Shown: piece by piece, positions 13,101 to 28,100 of the stretch
Position numbering within the stretch: position 1 is the first letter of the stretch
Layout: each line of letters starts with the position of its first letter
Notes under the pieces: generated by a model
What the model was told of the DNA's origin: nothing
Seen by the model: the letters and a program-made list of their open reading frames with translations, nothing else
Database searches by the model: none
Source of the DNA: Podarcis cretensis
Taxonomy: Eukaryota
Assembly: GCA_951804945.1 (NCBI GenBank)
Contig: OX638150.1
Span: 35,464,001 to 35,528,000, forward strand
DNA length: 64,000 bases
Direction: 5' to 3'
Made by a program: the position numbers and the translations under genes

Positions 13101-16100
13101 GATGTGGTTTTACTTTTGCATTGTAGCAGCCTGCTTTTACACATGGTCAAGCTGATTAACTTGCTGATTAATAGGGAAACCTGTTTGGGGCAGTTACCTG
13201 AAAATTCTGTTGATTTTAGCAATTAATTTTTTTCCTCAGAGAAGCATTTTTGGTTTCATTTTCAGTCAAGGTACTTTGGCTTAACTCTGTTATGAATCTG
13301 TCACACTAGGGCTGCAGTATCTAATTAAGTCAATGGGATTATTCAGGAGTTGGCTGCAGGCTACAAGGTTTATACTAAGACAAAATAGCTCACATACTTC
13401 CCTGTTCCTGGAGTTGAGGTGGCACCTGGAATCTGTTTACAGAGTTCTGGCTGTAGCATTGGGAAACATTCGCTGGAAATAGATATAAGGACATGCTTAT
13501 TTTGAATTGCAATTTTATAATTGCACTAAGAATATGTAGTTATTGAAATGTTTCATTGGTTCTCAAGACCCCAGAAACACACTGTGTTTTGGGTGTGTGT
13601 GTGTGTGTGTGTGTTTTCCTAGAGTTGGGTGGGGATAGAGAATCAAGAAATGTTACAAAATAACAGAATGTCATGGCAGTTGTTACATATGACAGCAGTT
13701 AGATGAGAGCTTTATACATTTGTGGCATTGTGTGAACATCTTACTGAATGTTTTCATCTTCTGTTTAGCTACTTTCCTTAATTTTTGTAAATGAATTATT
13801 AAAGGGACTAATCAGTGTCATTATTAATGCCAATACTTCCCCTCCCCCCCAACAACACCCAGAAGTAGAGTCACTGAGAGTTTGATTGCAGTTTGACATG
13901 TTCCCTGAAGTGAAGATGTTATACTGCAAGGCAATACCAGTGAGTTCCACATGATTTGAAAGTTAAACCCAAGAATCATTGGATTTTCACCTGTGTGTGG
14001 AAATTATACCTTGGAATATGTTAGTCTGAAGCAAAATAAGCATTTCTTATGACCAATTGACAAAGCTGTATTCAAAGGAAGTGAAAGCAATTGATCAGGT
14101 GTGTTAGGAAAGAAAATAGTCATTTTTTTAAAAAAGCCCTCTCCTGTGTTGACATCTGCCTCATCTCTCCTAGTAGGGGCACTCTACAGAGGACAGTGGA
14201 GTAGAAACAGCTTAACAATCAGACACATTGTTTCAGGAATAGGGAGCCCTTAAGGTACCTGAGTTCCAAGCTGTCAGGGGCTTTAAAGATCAAAACCGGT
14301 ATCTTGAACTGGGCTCAGAAGTAATCAATAGTCACTGAAGATCTTTTAAAACTGGCAGGATACATTCCCAGTGAGCCATAGTTGGCTTTTAATGATTCCA
14401 AGTACATTAGTTTTTCTGTTAGTTAAGTTGATGATACTTTAACAGTTAGTTTGAATGCCAGATTGTTATTTAATTAATTGGTAACATTTGCTTCTCATAC
14501 TTCTGCCAGAAAGGCACCCAAGGAGACCATCTTTAAGGAGTCAAGCAATATAAGGGCCAAGTTAACTGAGCGATCCTATGCATTTTTTGCTCAGAAATGA
14601 GTTCTCACTGTGTATAATAGAGCTTATTGCCAGGTTAGTGTGCATAGATTTGTAACCTTAAATCTTCAGTAAATATTTAAATGATACTGACAGATTGCAT
14701 TTCTTGAATATTTGTAAATGTTTCCTTAAAAAGAGGCACAACTTATTACAGTAACCAAGTTACAGGGAACCAGGCAGAGGGCCTTCTCGGTAGTGGCGCC
14801 CTCCCTTGGAACGCCCTCCCACCAGATGTCAAAAAGAACAACAACTACCAGACTTTTAGAAGACATCTGAAGGCAGCCCTGTTTAGGGAAGCTTTTAATG
14901 TTTGATGTATTACAGTATTTTAATATTTTTTTTGAAGCCGCCCAGAGTGGCTGGGGAGGCCCAGCCAGATGGGTGGGGTATAAATAATAAATTATTATTA
15001 TTATTATTTGCAGACATGGTTTTCTTTTTTTTGGGTGTATACAGTTTTTTTTACTAGTATCATGTACACAGCACCAATCTTGTGAAACCTTGTTATGGTT
15101 TTCACTGTTACCAGAGCTACAGCTATCCTCCAGTTTATATACTTCCTCATGGTCCTGGGCTTGTAGAAATCCCTGCCATTGGGAGATGTGTCAGGTCTGA
15201 AATCTTGGATTGTGCAGACAGGCAGTTTATGCCTTTAAGTTTAGGCGAACATTTGATCTTTAATTTGATATTTTTTCTTTCTGCTGTATTTATTGTTTTA
15301 TAGAACATAGTCTGTGTATACACAGGTTGCAGAAGCAAGAGGTTGCTTGCAGTGCAGCCTATCTTTCCTTCTCCCCTACACCCACCCAAAAAGCCAGGGT
15401 GTCCAGGGACTTTCCTGAATGGCACAATGTGTTCACCTGAATTTGGACAGTTTCCCATCCAACTGTAGCTCCGCCCCCCATGACAAAGCTCATACTCCTT
15501 GGCCACCCACATTTCTTAGTGTTTTATGGTTTTATTGTACTCTGCTTTGAGAACTGCTTGTTACACACCAAACCATAGTTAACCTGACCCAGTGTCCTTA
15601 TCACAACACAGCATTTCATTCAGATTTCTTATGAGGAGAGGAAATTGATGCAAGGACTGCCACCTCCCCTAAAATAAATGGGTAACCCATCCATAACACA
15701 GCTCTTTCTGTAAGTGAGCATGCAAGGAGCCCTAGGACCAGATACTGGTGTGGACACATTGGAATAATTGTCATTTGTATGGACAGACGCTAAATGACAC
15801 CCAGCCTAGCAAGTGTGAAAACGAAGCATTCCTGAAAGGAAAAGCTAAGTAACCAGACTTGTGTGGGCTGATCTTGCTTTCTCAGAGGTGAATTAATGGT
15901 ACTATCATTCTGATTGTGGATTTCCTGGCTGTAGGAGTATGGTATTGAAAATGTGTTTGCGGGCTAAGTTTTCCTGCGCTCTACTTCATATTAAGTCTTA
16001 CATGTGCCAGTATCTTTCAAATGAACTTGTTTTATGACAAATTAATATGGTATTTTATTCATGTAAGAGTTCTTTCAAACTGTTTATTCTTTTCTAATCT

Positions 16101-19100
16101 TGTAAAGCTGTTATAAATATATCCCTGTTTGTAGATTCAAACCTATTCACAGTATGTTACGTACTCTCTATTCATTGGGGGGGGGGCAAGTTTCTCCAAT
16201 GGTTGAGCATCCTTGATAGGAAGTACATCTGCTTCTTTTAGTTTAAAAAGTAAACCTGTAATTCAAAATAATCAAATTCAGGATTAAGCTGCAAGAAATA
16301 TGAATGATGACAAAATATAAGATGCATAGTGTATGAGTGCAAGGCAATGAATGCAGAATTTGAAGTGTGTGTCTATTTTGTGAAGCTTGGCTAGGTAGGT
16401 AATACTGTACTTGCTGGTAAAAAAATATTATACTTGTAAAAGGACCCTGTATTACTGAGAGTTTGTTTCTTTCAGGTATCAGCTTCTTAGTCATTAGCAG
16501 GAACTTCATAGCCCCAAGCTTCTTTTAATACCCAAACCAACAAAATCTGGACCAAATAAGCATTCAAAGCTGCCCTCTGTAGGCCATACTAGAGGCTGCA
16601 TAGCAGATCAGCTCCTATTAGCTGACATGAGGTTCCGCAAATAAATGTAGTGATCCCTTGAGCCTTGACCTTTAAAAAGAAAATAATTAAAAGTAGCCAC
16701 AAAAGGTTGTGAGGAGGAATAGTTTGGGGAAAGGTGCTGGCTTAAACCTTTTAGAAGAGTTTGGATTTGATATCCCGCCTTTCACTCCCCTTCAGGAGTC
16801 TCAAAGCGGCTAACAATCTCCTTTCCCTTACTCCCCCACAACAAACACTCTGTGAGGTGAGTGGGGCTAAGAGACTTCAGAGAAGTGTGACTAGCCCAAG
16901 GTCACCCAGCAGCTGCATGGGGAGGAGCGGAGACGCGAACCCGGTTCCCCAGATTACGTGACTACCGCTCTTAACCACTACACCACACTGGCTCTCACCT
17001 TCAACACTCCCTCTGCTGTTTTTCTTGGGGGGAGGGCAGAACTCTTCCACTCAAGTTCACAACTTCCTACAGCTGCTTTTCATTACAAAACTATCATGAG
17101 ATTGTTACATGTATCTGCCATGTAATTTCTAGTTTGGTCTCAATTCCGTTTTGTAACATTGTATTGTGATTTGGCTAGATGTCATGGCTGTGATTTCGAT
17201 GTTTCCAGAAATCTCTTAGGATCAAGAATTCCATTTTAAGTTCTTGAAATAATTCCATAGCAAGGGTCATTATCTTTTTTTTACTTGTGTTTCTTGATCA
17301 GTAGTGAAATGAACTCTGGTGACTTGGTGATCAGATTTAATGCCTCCTTGAAATTAGGACAGGAATTTAATTTAGTGCAGCATTACATTTACATTGTCAC
17401 AATACTTATAAGATTGCTGCAATTATTAATATACATCAGTTACAGGGCTTATAATTAAGTTAATTTTGCAGCAATAACAGATCACCAGTAAAGTGGATGA
17501 ATGCTGCACACAGTATAATGATAATTTAACTTAAGACGGTGCTTAAATATATGATGATCTGTAGGACAATTTGGTTGATTCCTTTGACAAGGATGTGCTT
17601 AGGGACACAGGCAGAGTTCCATTTCTTGCAATGAAATTATTACCCAGCACTGATTCTATTTTAGAAGTGTTGGAGTACTGAAAGGCAGAAAAAATCTCTG
17701 GGGTGGGGGGCTGTATCAGGTCCTGTATCAATCTAGCAACTGACGTTCTTCCCAGCATAAGTATGCATCAGGGCAACCAAGGCTGCTTCTGTGTAAAAAC
17801 AAAAACAAAAAAGCTTAACAGATATGAAGCTAGTTTAGAAATGAATCCAATCAGGCTCTTCCAAGATTAACCGCCACCACTCATTTGGACATCATGCCTG
17901 GGCAGGGAATGTTAGCATTAACTACATTCTTTGGGTATATGAAGATGCTTCACTTGTGTTATTTCACAAAACATTTGAAAAAGCATGGTAAACATCTCGG
18001 TCAGAGAGTTTAAAACCCCCCTGATATTTTACCTTCCCATGCTATTTTGCCCTTTTACAATCTTTAGTTGTGTTAAGTGGGAGAGCTGTTAAAATACCCA
18101 GGCAACCCCTCGTTTCCGCATGTTTAATATGTGTGCAACTGTGTTCGGCATCGCACCAACCTGGAAATGACCTGGAAACATCATAAAGATGTAACTGAAA
18201 CATCACTATAAGGGTGAGGTGGAGGTGGAATGGGGCAGAGTGGGGCGGGGTAGCGTGTTTGCAGATAACGTGATGCAGTAAATATTTCTAGAGCCTACCA
18301 GTGCTGTGTTTACGATTAATTGGTATCAAGTAAATCACTTCAAATTTAATCTCTTTGAAATCATACTAATAGTATAGTAAGAGCTGAATAAAAATGAGAG
18401 GTTTAAAATTGTGGGCAAGACTTACCTGAATGATCTTTTCGTACTAATTAGTTGATATTTATTTAGGTGCTAAAGATTATTTCAAGGCATGCCAGAACTG
18501 TCATCTTGACAGATGTACATTTATTGAAACTCTTTCCCTTTCATTTATTTGCCACACCCCTTCATTCCCAATTTCATTTGTTTCCACAAAATTTATGTTG
18601 TCTCGAGCAGCTTAAATGGTGGTTGATCTTTGCAAGGCTTGCAAAATTATGTCTTGCTGGTGGAAGGGAGATAATGGAATGGTAATCAGTGTTGTATTCA
18701 GGAAAGAGACATATTGGTCTTTTTATGCCAGGAGGTGTCTTGAGAAATTAGAATTCAGCTATTTATTAGATGGTGCCAACCAATTTACTTTGGATTGCTG
18801 ATACAGAAAATTCAAAAATTTAGTTGGATGTTACAGTGTAGGAGAATCTTAAGATAGAAGCATGTGTATATTCTCATGAAGTGATATTTTAAAGGGGGGG
18901 GGGCTGTAGTTCAGCAGTGGTTTGCATGCAAAAGCTGCTAGGTTCAACATTAGGAAGCCACCTTATACTGTCACAGACCATAATTCTATCTAGTTCAGTA
19001 TTGCCTACACAGACTCAGAGATTCTTCAAGGTTTCAGATACAGAGGTACCTCGGGTTACAGATGCTTCAGGTTACAGATGCTTCAGGTTACAGACTCCGC

Positions 19101-22100
19101 TAACCCAGAAATAGTACCTCAGATTTAAGAACTTTGCTTCAGGATGAGAACAGAAATCGTGTGGTGGCGGCGCGGTGGCAGTGGGAGGCCCCATTAGCTA
19201 AAGTGGTACCTCAGGTTAAGAACAGTTTCAGGTTAAGAACGGACCTCCAGAACAAATTAAGTTCTTAACCCGAGGTACCACTGTAGAAGCCTGGAGACTC
19301 CAGAAATTGGAGAATAGCTATGACACTGTGGTGCAGGGCATGTTTTCAGTGTAGGAGTTCCGAGCTTCAGTCACCAGCATCTGTAGTATGGGAAAGTGGA
19401 GGGTGAGAGGGAGCACTTGGAAAGCCCCCTGTTTAAAATCCCAGTGAATGTGAATGAGTCTTCTTCAACCTCATCTCTTCCCATTGCTGAGCTACAACTT
19501 CCATCATCCCTGATCATCGCTGTGCTGCTGGCAGTTGGTCCAACAACTGCCACGGACACCAGATTGGGGAAGACTGTGTAAAGAATGCTGAGCTAGATGA
19601 ATGTATTTTTTTACTCTATAAGGTAGTTTTCTATTGCTGCTGGTTATGAGTCTCATGCTCACACAAATGAACAAACAACTTGTTTTATATTTGATGCAGG
19701 AATGCCTTATTAAAGAAGAAAGAAAGTAAGCTGTGGTGCTTAGCCTAAAAATCTATAGTCTCTTGCTTATAACAAAGATTTTTAGGTATCTGGTGGAAAG
19801 AGGATTTGGGAGAACAATTAGCTTTCTGAAATGTAATGCTTTCTGTCTACCAGCCTGACTTTCTTAGCAGCTGTACATATCCAGGCATTCCAAAATTCCA
19901 TTTTGCAACATCTAGCATGCTTTGGTAAGCATTGTGGGTCCCATCTGCTTCCATTGTCTATCAGCTACTGTTCATTCTAGATATCTCACCATGAGGTTTT
20001 AGCAGATCCTATTTGCTACTCCATGCATACGGTATGGTTTATTGTCTTAGCTAGCTAGTAATCTTTGATATTTGGGCAGTTGATTCTGCTTTACAGAGCA
20101 GGTGAAAGTTTTTGATAAAATTAAATTTGGCCAAGGTGTTGATTCTTAAGCATCAGCAGCTACAAGCCAAACTTCGGAAGAGTTGGCCAGCACTGGCATT
20201 TCCACTTAACTGAGACACTGGATCATCAAATATGCACAAGCAGATGGTTAGCCTCATGTTAATTACAGAACACATTTGAGCCAAATTCAGACAGATATTC
20301 GTGGTGATTTGCATACTGCGGACTTAAGATTCCTTTTTCCAATGGAAAAGCCCTTGAATGAATGACTTATGCAGCCTACTGGATATTTCTGATAAGGCCA
20401 TCAGTTCAGAACCAATTAACACTTGGAATAACTTCCTATCACAGGGTTCTAGGCAGCATTTTATATTTTATTGAGATAAGCAGAGGAGTACAACATGTGA
20501 CTTTGCAATTGCTGTAGGTAGGTATGTAAATTAACAATTGGTTCTGTTAAACTTTTATTTCTCTGGACAAAAGTATCATATACAAAAAGGCACATTTACT
20601 TAAACTCTACTTTCAGCTGCCCTTATTTATGATCCTGCAAATGTTCCCTATATAAACAATCTTACCTATAGGTGAGTGTTCTTGGAGCAGTCTGTGCTAT
20701 CAAAGGAAGCTGCGGCCTGGAGGTTCTTACTTTTTATCTCTCCAAATGCCTAAATCAGTTGTTCCAAATTGCCGATTTACTTAAAGGATGAGTCCTGGGC
20801 TATGTGTCCTGCTCTCATTTGACTAGAGAGAGGCTGTTTGGATTACCTTAATTATCTGAGGGTCCATTGTGGGTTATGTTCCTGATTTTCAAAGCTGGAG
20901 AAACAGTTATTGAAGTGAGGCAACAGAGAGTTTTTGTAGCCTGTGAGTGACTAATTTAGCAACTAAGGGAAAATAAAAGAATAAAAAAATGTCCTGTTCT
21001 ATAAATGGAATTCTTACATACATTTAAAAATAGAGCTTCTTTGGGTTGCTTTTGAGGAAGTAGCATAATTGCAGAGTAGTGTGCCTCTCCTACTTGGTTA
21101 AGTTGCTGACGTATTAATGTAGTATCAGAAAGAAGTTGTATAGCTGTTCAGGAAAAAGGTCCTGCCATGATTAAGACAATATGCAGTGCTTTAAAACCAT
21201 ATGAACCCCAGAGGAATTGCTGCTGGTTGGCTTGTACCTGCCACTTCTACTTGCTTGACGCATTGAGTAAATATATGTTGAAATTGAGCTAGCTAGTTCA
21301 ATTTGAGGTTATCCACAGTAAAACCTAGGAACTGATTACGTTCTCTGAAGTGAAAATGTTAGGATGTATGTTGGGGTAGAAACAATGTACTTATTTCCTT
21401 AGGATCCTGACTCTGTGTGATCCTGATTGTATTTTTGTGATAACAGGGGCATGGTCTGAGATATTAAGAAGACAGATCTCCAAGTTGTGGACCTAAGACT
21501 TTCTGTGATTAAGAAATAATCCATTCTGGAATAATTTTTTGACTTTGCATGCTCTCACTCAATCCAAGACTCATTATGTGAACAGCCCTCTCTCATGCAA
21601 GGAAGCCTTTGGGACACATGTCTGATAACTACTTAGTATGTGGCTTAACTACTTGGTTTGTGGAAGGAAACTCTATTTTTGAGCCTGTGCTCATGTAGTA
21701 AAATGGATATGTGGGCATTCTTTACACATGATGGTGTATATTTGTACAATATTTGTGTATTCCTTTTCTGCTGTAATATTTCTCAAAGCAGTTCCCAATA
21801 ATAGAACTGGATTTATAGACAGGTCATATTGCCTTGGCAATTCCGAATTGCAGGTGCTGCCAATGGGATCATGTGATTCCTTGTTCTGCCCCTCTCAAAG
21901 GTGGTGGTGACAAAGAGAGGTCCTAGTAGCAGATGTTTTTCAGAGTCCTAGACTGATACCTTTTGAGAGAGGAGACCACACACATGTGCATGTCTTGTAG
22001 TGTTCACCTCACCGTTCATTGTATTTTGTGGAGTATCTAGAATTCTGAAGTTGTGTGGCAGACCCTTTTTTTTTTAAAAAAAGTATTTTTATTAAAGATT

Positions 22101-25100
22101 TCTTGGTTTACAAAAGTATGTGCAATGTCTCTTTTTTCAAGTTACATTTTCTTGATCAGTTTCATTTGTTGAGACATTAGTGTTACATTAGGAAGACAAG
22201 GGGGAAAGAGGTGGAGGGGGAATGGTAAGTGGGGGTGGAGTCGGGTGGCAATGTTTCTATTTTACTTAATGTGTGTGTGGGGGGGGGGGTTGTGTCAGTG
22301 TCACTTGTGCAGGTTCTCTTTGCTATTTGCTTGTGTTCCTTTAGTGGTGAGAGAGGTTGGGGTTGGCCTAGAGTGTGATTGTTTATTTGTGATTGGCTGT
22401 GGTGAACTTTGTTTTCATGTGTGAGTGGGGTGGGTGGATGTTTTGGATCAGGTTAGCCAAATTGATTCATATGCTGTTGGTGGATTCTTGACGTTGTCTT
22501 GTTGGGCTGTGTATGTGATAAAGGGGAGCCATACCGGGGTGAAGGCGTCATCTTCTATTTGTCCCCATATCAGTTTCAGTTTATTGGTTAATTTTTCTAG
22601 TAAGGCTGTTTCCCATGCTATTTGGTACCATTGGTCCATGCTTACTCCTGACAGGACTCTCCTGTGTCTGGTTATGATGTTTCTGGCTGCTGAGAGTGGG
22701 TGGGTTATGAGTTCTTTGTGATGTGTGGGCATTATTGTCTTGGAAGAGGCAGACCCATTCTTCATACCCTGCTTGAAACTTAACTTCAGTTCTGGGCGAC
22801 AATACAGGATTTATTCAAGTTTCTGAGCCCTGTTGGCTGGCTGGCTGTTTTTATTTAAAAAATTGTTTGTATTATTTGGAAGAAGTTGCTAATGAAAGAA
22901 TTCTGTGTTTGCAAAAAGACTGGCATGTAGCTCAGTATAATGTGTGGCATAGTGCGTCCTAGCAGCTGTTGCACCATAAACTTAAATATGCTTACCCATT
23001 GAAGGCCCAGGGGTATTCTGTATGCTTTTATCGGCATAGAGTTGATACCTTTAGGGGTCATGCTAAAATAAAATTATTTATTGTCAACAGTGAATGTTTA
23101 ATAATGTAATTTCTGGTACAGACCCAAACATTCAAGAAGAAATCTGCTGCCTTGTTCTCAGCAGATTTCTCCAGCTGCAGTTGAAGTACCATTGGTTCTG
23201 ACAGTAATCTTTTAGTGCTAGTAATCACACACTCCACGCTAACAGTTTTTATAGTAATAGCCAATGCTTGAGAATCCAAAAGTAATAATTCAACTGAAAT
23301 AGTGTGAAATGAATTAGATGCTTTCAGTTCTTTCATGTGAATAATTTCAGGCATTCATTCAGCAGTGAAGGAATGTCTGCTTAAGGGGTTTGAGGGTTTC
23401 TGTTTGTGTGTTTCTTTGTTTTGTAACTGACCCAGTATTTTCTTAGGAGAGTTCAAGTACATTTACCTATACAAGCACATGTGTATGCACGTGCTCGCAT
23501 AAGAATTGGATAGGACTGTATCTAAAAATACTGTCATCTTATTTAATATTTAACCAGTTTTCTAAACATGCAGGCAGCCCTTTTCCCAATAGGATAGAAA
23601 ATGAAACTGAACTGATTGTGGTGGCTACATTTTTAGTGTTTTCTTCTGTAATCCAAGTTTTAAAGAAAAGGCTTTGGTTACATTTATCTCAGTGCCTTAG
23701 ATAAATCAGCAGCTTCTATAGTTCAGTTTTTTATGGTAAGTTGTTTTGGAAGTTGAATGGAATCCATTCCGGAAGTCCGTTCGACTTCCAAAACGTTCGG
23801 AAACCGAAACGTGGCTTCTGATTAGCCGCAGGAAGCTCCTGCAGCCAATCGGAGGTTGCGGAAGCCCTGTTGGACATTCGAGTTCCAAAGAACGTTTGTA
23901 AACCGGAACACTCACTTCTGGGTTTGCAGCATTTGGGAGCCAAAACATCCAAGTACCAAGGCATTTGGGATCCAAGTTACGACTGTATAGCCGGGAAGGT
24001 GGCATACATAAAATGTGCTGTGCATCAGGGGAATAACAGAGTTCTGACAAGGGTGTTCAGACTTAAGGATTTGCTTCCCCACACAGTCATTTAGCAGGGG
24101 CAAAACTAAACTTTATTTCACCTGGGTCAAAGACCCAGTTTGGCACCCCATGCACATTTGCGTGTGTACACACACAGGTTGGGAGCCTCAATGGTGCTTC
24201 TCTGGAGCTTCAGCTGGGGCAAAAAACCTGGCTAGACCCCCCCCTCCCCCGGTAGCTACGGCTCTGTCTTATATTGGGTCCAATTAGTACACTTTCTTGT
24301 TCTCCATCAACTCCCATTTTCTCCTTTGAGTTATAGCAGATCCATCCAATACCAGTGTGGTGTGTTCAGGTCCAATGCCATTGTGATAACAGCAAGAGGA
24401 GTGTTAAAATTTCTATAGAAACACCAAAGTTCAAAAAGCTTGTGTTCTGCTTCCTCCGCCCCCTCTACTCACACACATTCATCTTTGGATTCAAGCCATA
24501 GTGAGTTCAGGCTGCAGGAGAGGGGCTTTTTGCTGGTGGCACCCAGGCTTTGGAACACCCTCCTGAAGTAAGTAAGACTGGTGCTAACACAATCCTCATC
24601 CCAGGGAGACTATTGAACTCCTGAATCCCTGCGTTCAGGCTGTTTTGAACAACTGAGGGGGAACAAGATGAACCTTAATCCGGATAAGACAGAGGTCCTG
24701 TGGAAGGAAAAACATACACTTTTGTATGGAGGTTTGTAACTGATTCTAGAAGGGGTTGCATTTCATCTGAATGATCAAGTTCACATTATGTGAATACTGC
24801 TAGAATCCATGCTAAATGGGGATGATGAGATGGCAGCCGTGGCCAGTGGTGCTTTTTCCAGTTTTGGCTGGTTTGTTAGCTGAAACTCTACCTGGAGAGA
24901 ATGAATGTTGTCTCAGTTATCTATGCACAAGTGAGTATCTAGGCTGGACAACTGCAATGTACATGAGGTGGCTTTTAAAAGTGGTTAAGAACTTTCATCT
25001 GGAACAAATAAAAGTTGGTTGGGGCTGGGTGGTTAAAGTGCTTTGCACCTACATTATACCAGCTGCACTGTCCCAATGTGTTTCTGAACCCAAATTAAAG

Positions 25101-28100
25101 TGCTGGTGATAATCTTAAAAGCCCTAATCATTTTGGGACTGGGTTACCTACAGGACTGTGCATGGGATGGAACCTCTGAATCTACCTTGTGGGCTCTGCT
25201 CAGGCCAGTTTCTTTCTTTTTACAGATACCTGAAGGAATTCCGCACAGAGCAGTGCCCACTCTTTGTGCAGCACAAGTGTACTCAGCATAGGCCCTATAC
25301 ATGCTTCCACTGGCACTTTGTCAACCAGCGTCGCCGCCGGTCTATCCGCCGTCGGGATGGCACCTTTAACTACAGTCCTGACATTTACTGCACCAAATAC
25401 GATGAGACCACAGGGATCTGTCCAGAAGGAGATGAGTAAGTTACTCAAGGCTGCATCTAACTTGACCAGATAGAGGTTCCAGCCTGCACTTACAGAGAGG
25501 AGAGAATTCAACAAACCAGCTTTTTAAAAATCATGCAGAAGAACCCATGAAGAATTGTGGAAACGCTGCAGTAGAAACTTGAACAAAAAATTAATTACGA
25601 TTGCACCACACCTATATATCCCCCCCCCCAAATGAAGGCTGTAATTCAAAGGTTTTTTTGCTCTGGAATAATCCTAGAGAAATTAGTGAGGTTTATTTTA
25701 AAATTAATGGCCTGAGGATCGTTTCCTCATTTTATATCCTTATTTTACAAAGGATACAAATGGGAAAAAGTGCTGGATTTGACAACTGTGAGGACTAAAA
25801 AATTTTTTTTGTTGGGCAGCATGTTTCAGCCTTTGAGTTTCTACGAGCTCTCTTTCCCCCCCTCCCCTGTAGGTGTCCATTCCTGCATAGAACTACTGGT
25901 GACACAGAACGTAGATATCACCTGCGCTACTACAAAACTGGAATCTGCATCCATGAGACTGACTCAAAAGGAAACTGCACCAAGAACGGTCTCCACTGTG
26001 CTTTTGCTCATGGGCCCCATGACCTCCGCTCTCCAGTTTATGATATCAGGTTAGTAGAGGATGAAGTTCCTTGTCTGCAGAAGTATGCTTGCTAAGCCAA
26101 AATGGAACAGATCAGAGTACAAAATGCTGCTGAATGTGTAGTGTTTAGCATCAGAAATATGATGGTGTTCTGTTTTCTCTCTTCCTCCACCCCTGCCCCC
26201 CAACCCCGCACAAAAGAATATGTTATATACAGTCCATTAAGGCCGTTTCCTGTGACTTTTTATGCATCACAAGGTGACTTGGGCAAGTATCTTGGTGCCA
26301 AGAGCCCCATTATTATGAATGGGTTTAATATAAACCAGACTATTGCTAAACCTCAACCATTGCCCTCACTAGACATAAGATAGTAAGGTGGCTAGGAAGA
26401 GGTTAAATCTGCCCCCCCTCCAACTATACCCCCCCGAGCAAATCTCCACCACCAGATGACTGTCAAAAATCACCTATCAGTTTAAAGAAAGGGATGGTAT
26501 GACTTTAATTTCTTAGAACAAGATTTGTATAGAAACAAGCAGCTTAAGTGTTTGTAAGATTGGGTGAAACTGGACATTGGCAGCAAACATTGGTCTAGGA
26601 ATTCTGGTCACCCCCATACATCTGTGAAACAGAGGGAGAGGACATGATTCGCAGGGAAGATGCTATGTTATGGGAATATGCTCTGAGAAAAAGCCCTTTT
26701 TTTTCTATCCACATTTCACCGTAGTCTACAGCCACTTTATCTGTTTTGTCCCACAATGCAGCAGATGCATATCTGAGTCCCATGACTAGGGAGGGAGTTG
26801 CAGTGGGAAAGTGGCAGTAGGGGAAGGATTAATTACCCTTCCCCTGCCTGCTGCTTCTTCCCTGCAGATCACACCCTCCCCCAGCTGATGTGTAGTTGTG
26901 TGTTACTGACTGGGGTTCCCAGCCCTGAGTCTGCAACCAAGTGTCTCTTTCAGCCCTTAGAGGTAAATATCATTTCATTAAGTATATGGGAGAGCATGTT
27001 TAAAGAGATGTTAACATTAGACCTAAGGTATTCTTTCCAATAGTTCTGTAAGATGAAAATACTTAAGCTTAGGAAATAGACATTGTATTTGATTGTTCTA
27101 TTTATGTTATTGCTATCAAAAGGGAATATGTGAAGCATGCTAGGAGTTTACTTGGGTTTGTTTTGGGAGGTGGGGAGGATGAATTATGCTATATTAACTT
27201 GCTGGAGTCACACCAGTTGAGATTCAACCAGGATCTTATTTTACCTTCTTCATGAAGCACCATGCCCCTGCGTGCAAATAAGTGTGTGTGTTGTATAGGG
27301 GATTAATAGAACAACAGTGGAAAATGGAGTGCAATATGTCTTGTAGGAGTTTTCTCCAAAATAGCAGGAGGACAGAGTGCTCATACAAATCCTGAATCTC
27401 TAAAAGTGGGCTTAGCAAAAAAAGAAATAAAGAATAAATGTATGGGAATTCCTGCATTGTGGCAACTCCTATCTGGTAGACACACATCTCTTTCTCTGAA
27501 TCTTCTCTGCCTGCCTATTGTTCATTTAACTCTGTTCCCTAAGGGAGCTTCAGGCCATGGAAGCTTTGCAGAATGGTCAGACTACAACAGAGGGTGGCAT
27601 AGAGGGTCAGTCTGCAGTTGCCGCTAGCCATGCTATGATAGAGAAAATACTCAGTGAAGAGCCAAGGTGGCAAGGTGAGTTCCTTAGGGTCTTACATAGG
27701 GCTGTCCATTGTTCTTGGACTGCCCGCTCCTCCTATCACAAGGTTCTTCATGTAGGAAGCAATATGCTTGTCACCATGAATTAACCAGCCACACCTGTCT
27801 TCACAGACACAACATATGTTTTGGGAAACTACAAAACAGAACAATGTAAGAAGCCCCCACGTCTCTGTCGCCAGGGTTATGCCTGCCCTTACTACCATAA
27901 TAGCAAAGATAGAAGAAGGAGCCCCAGGAAACACAAATACAGGTACAGTGCCTCAAGATCTGGTGTTTTGGAAGGGACCAGTAGTTTTGAGTTTTCTTCA
28001 AACCTATTGAACCCATTTATGTGATTACTTCCTTTGTTAAGACATGGATTGTAGTAAAACAAGTGGTTCTGTTTATTACAAGTGGGTCCCAATCAAATAC

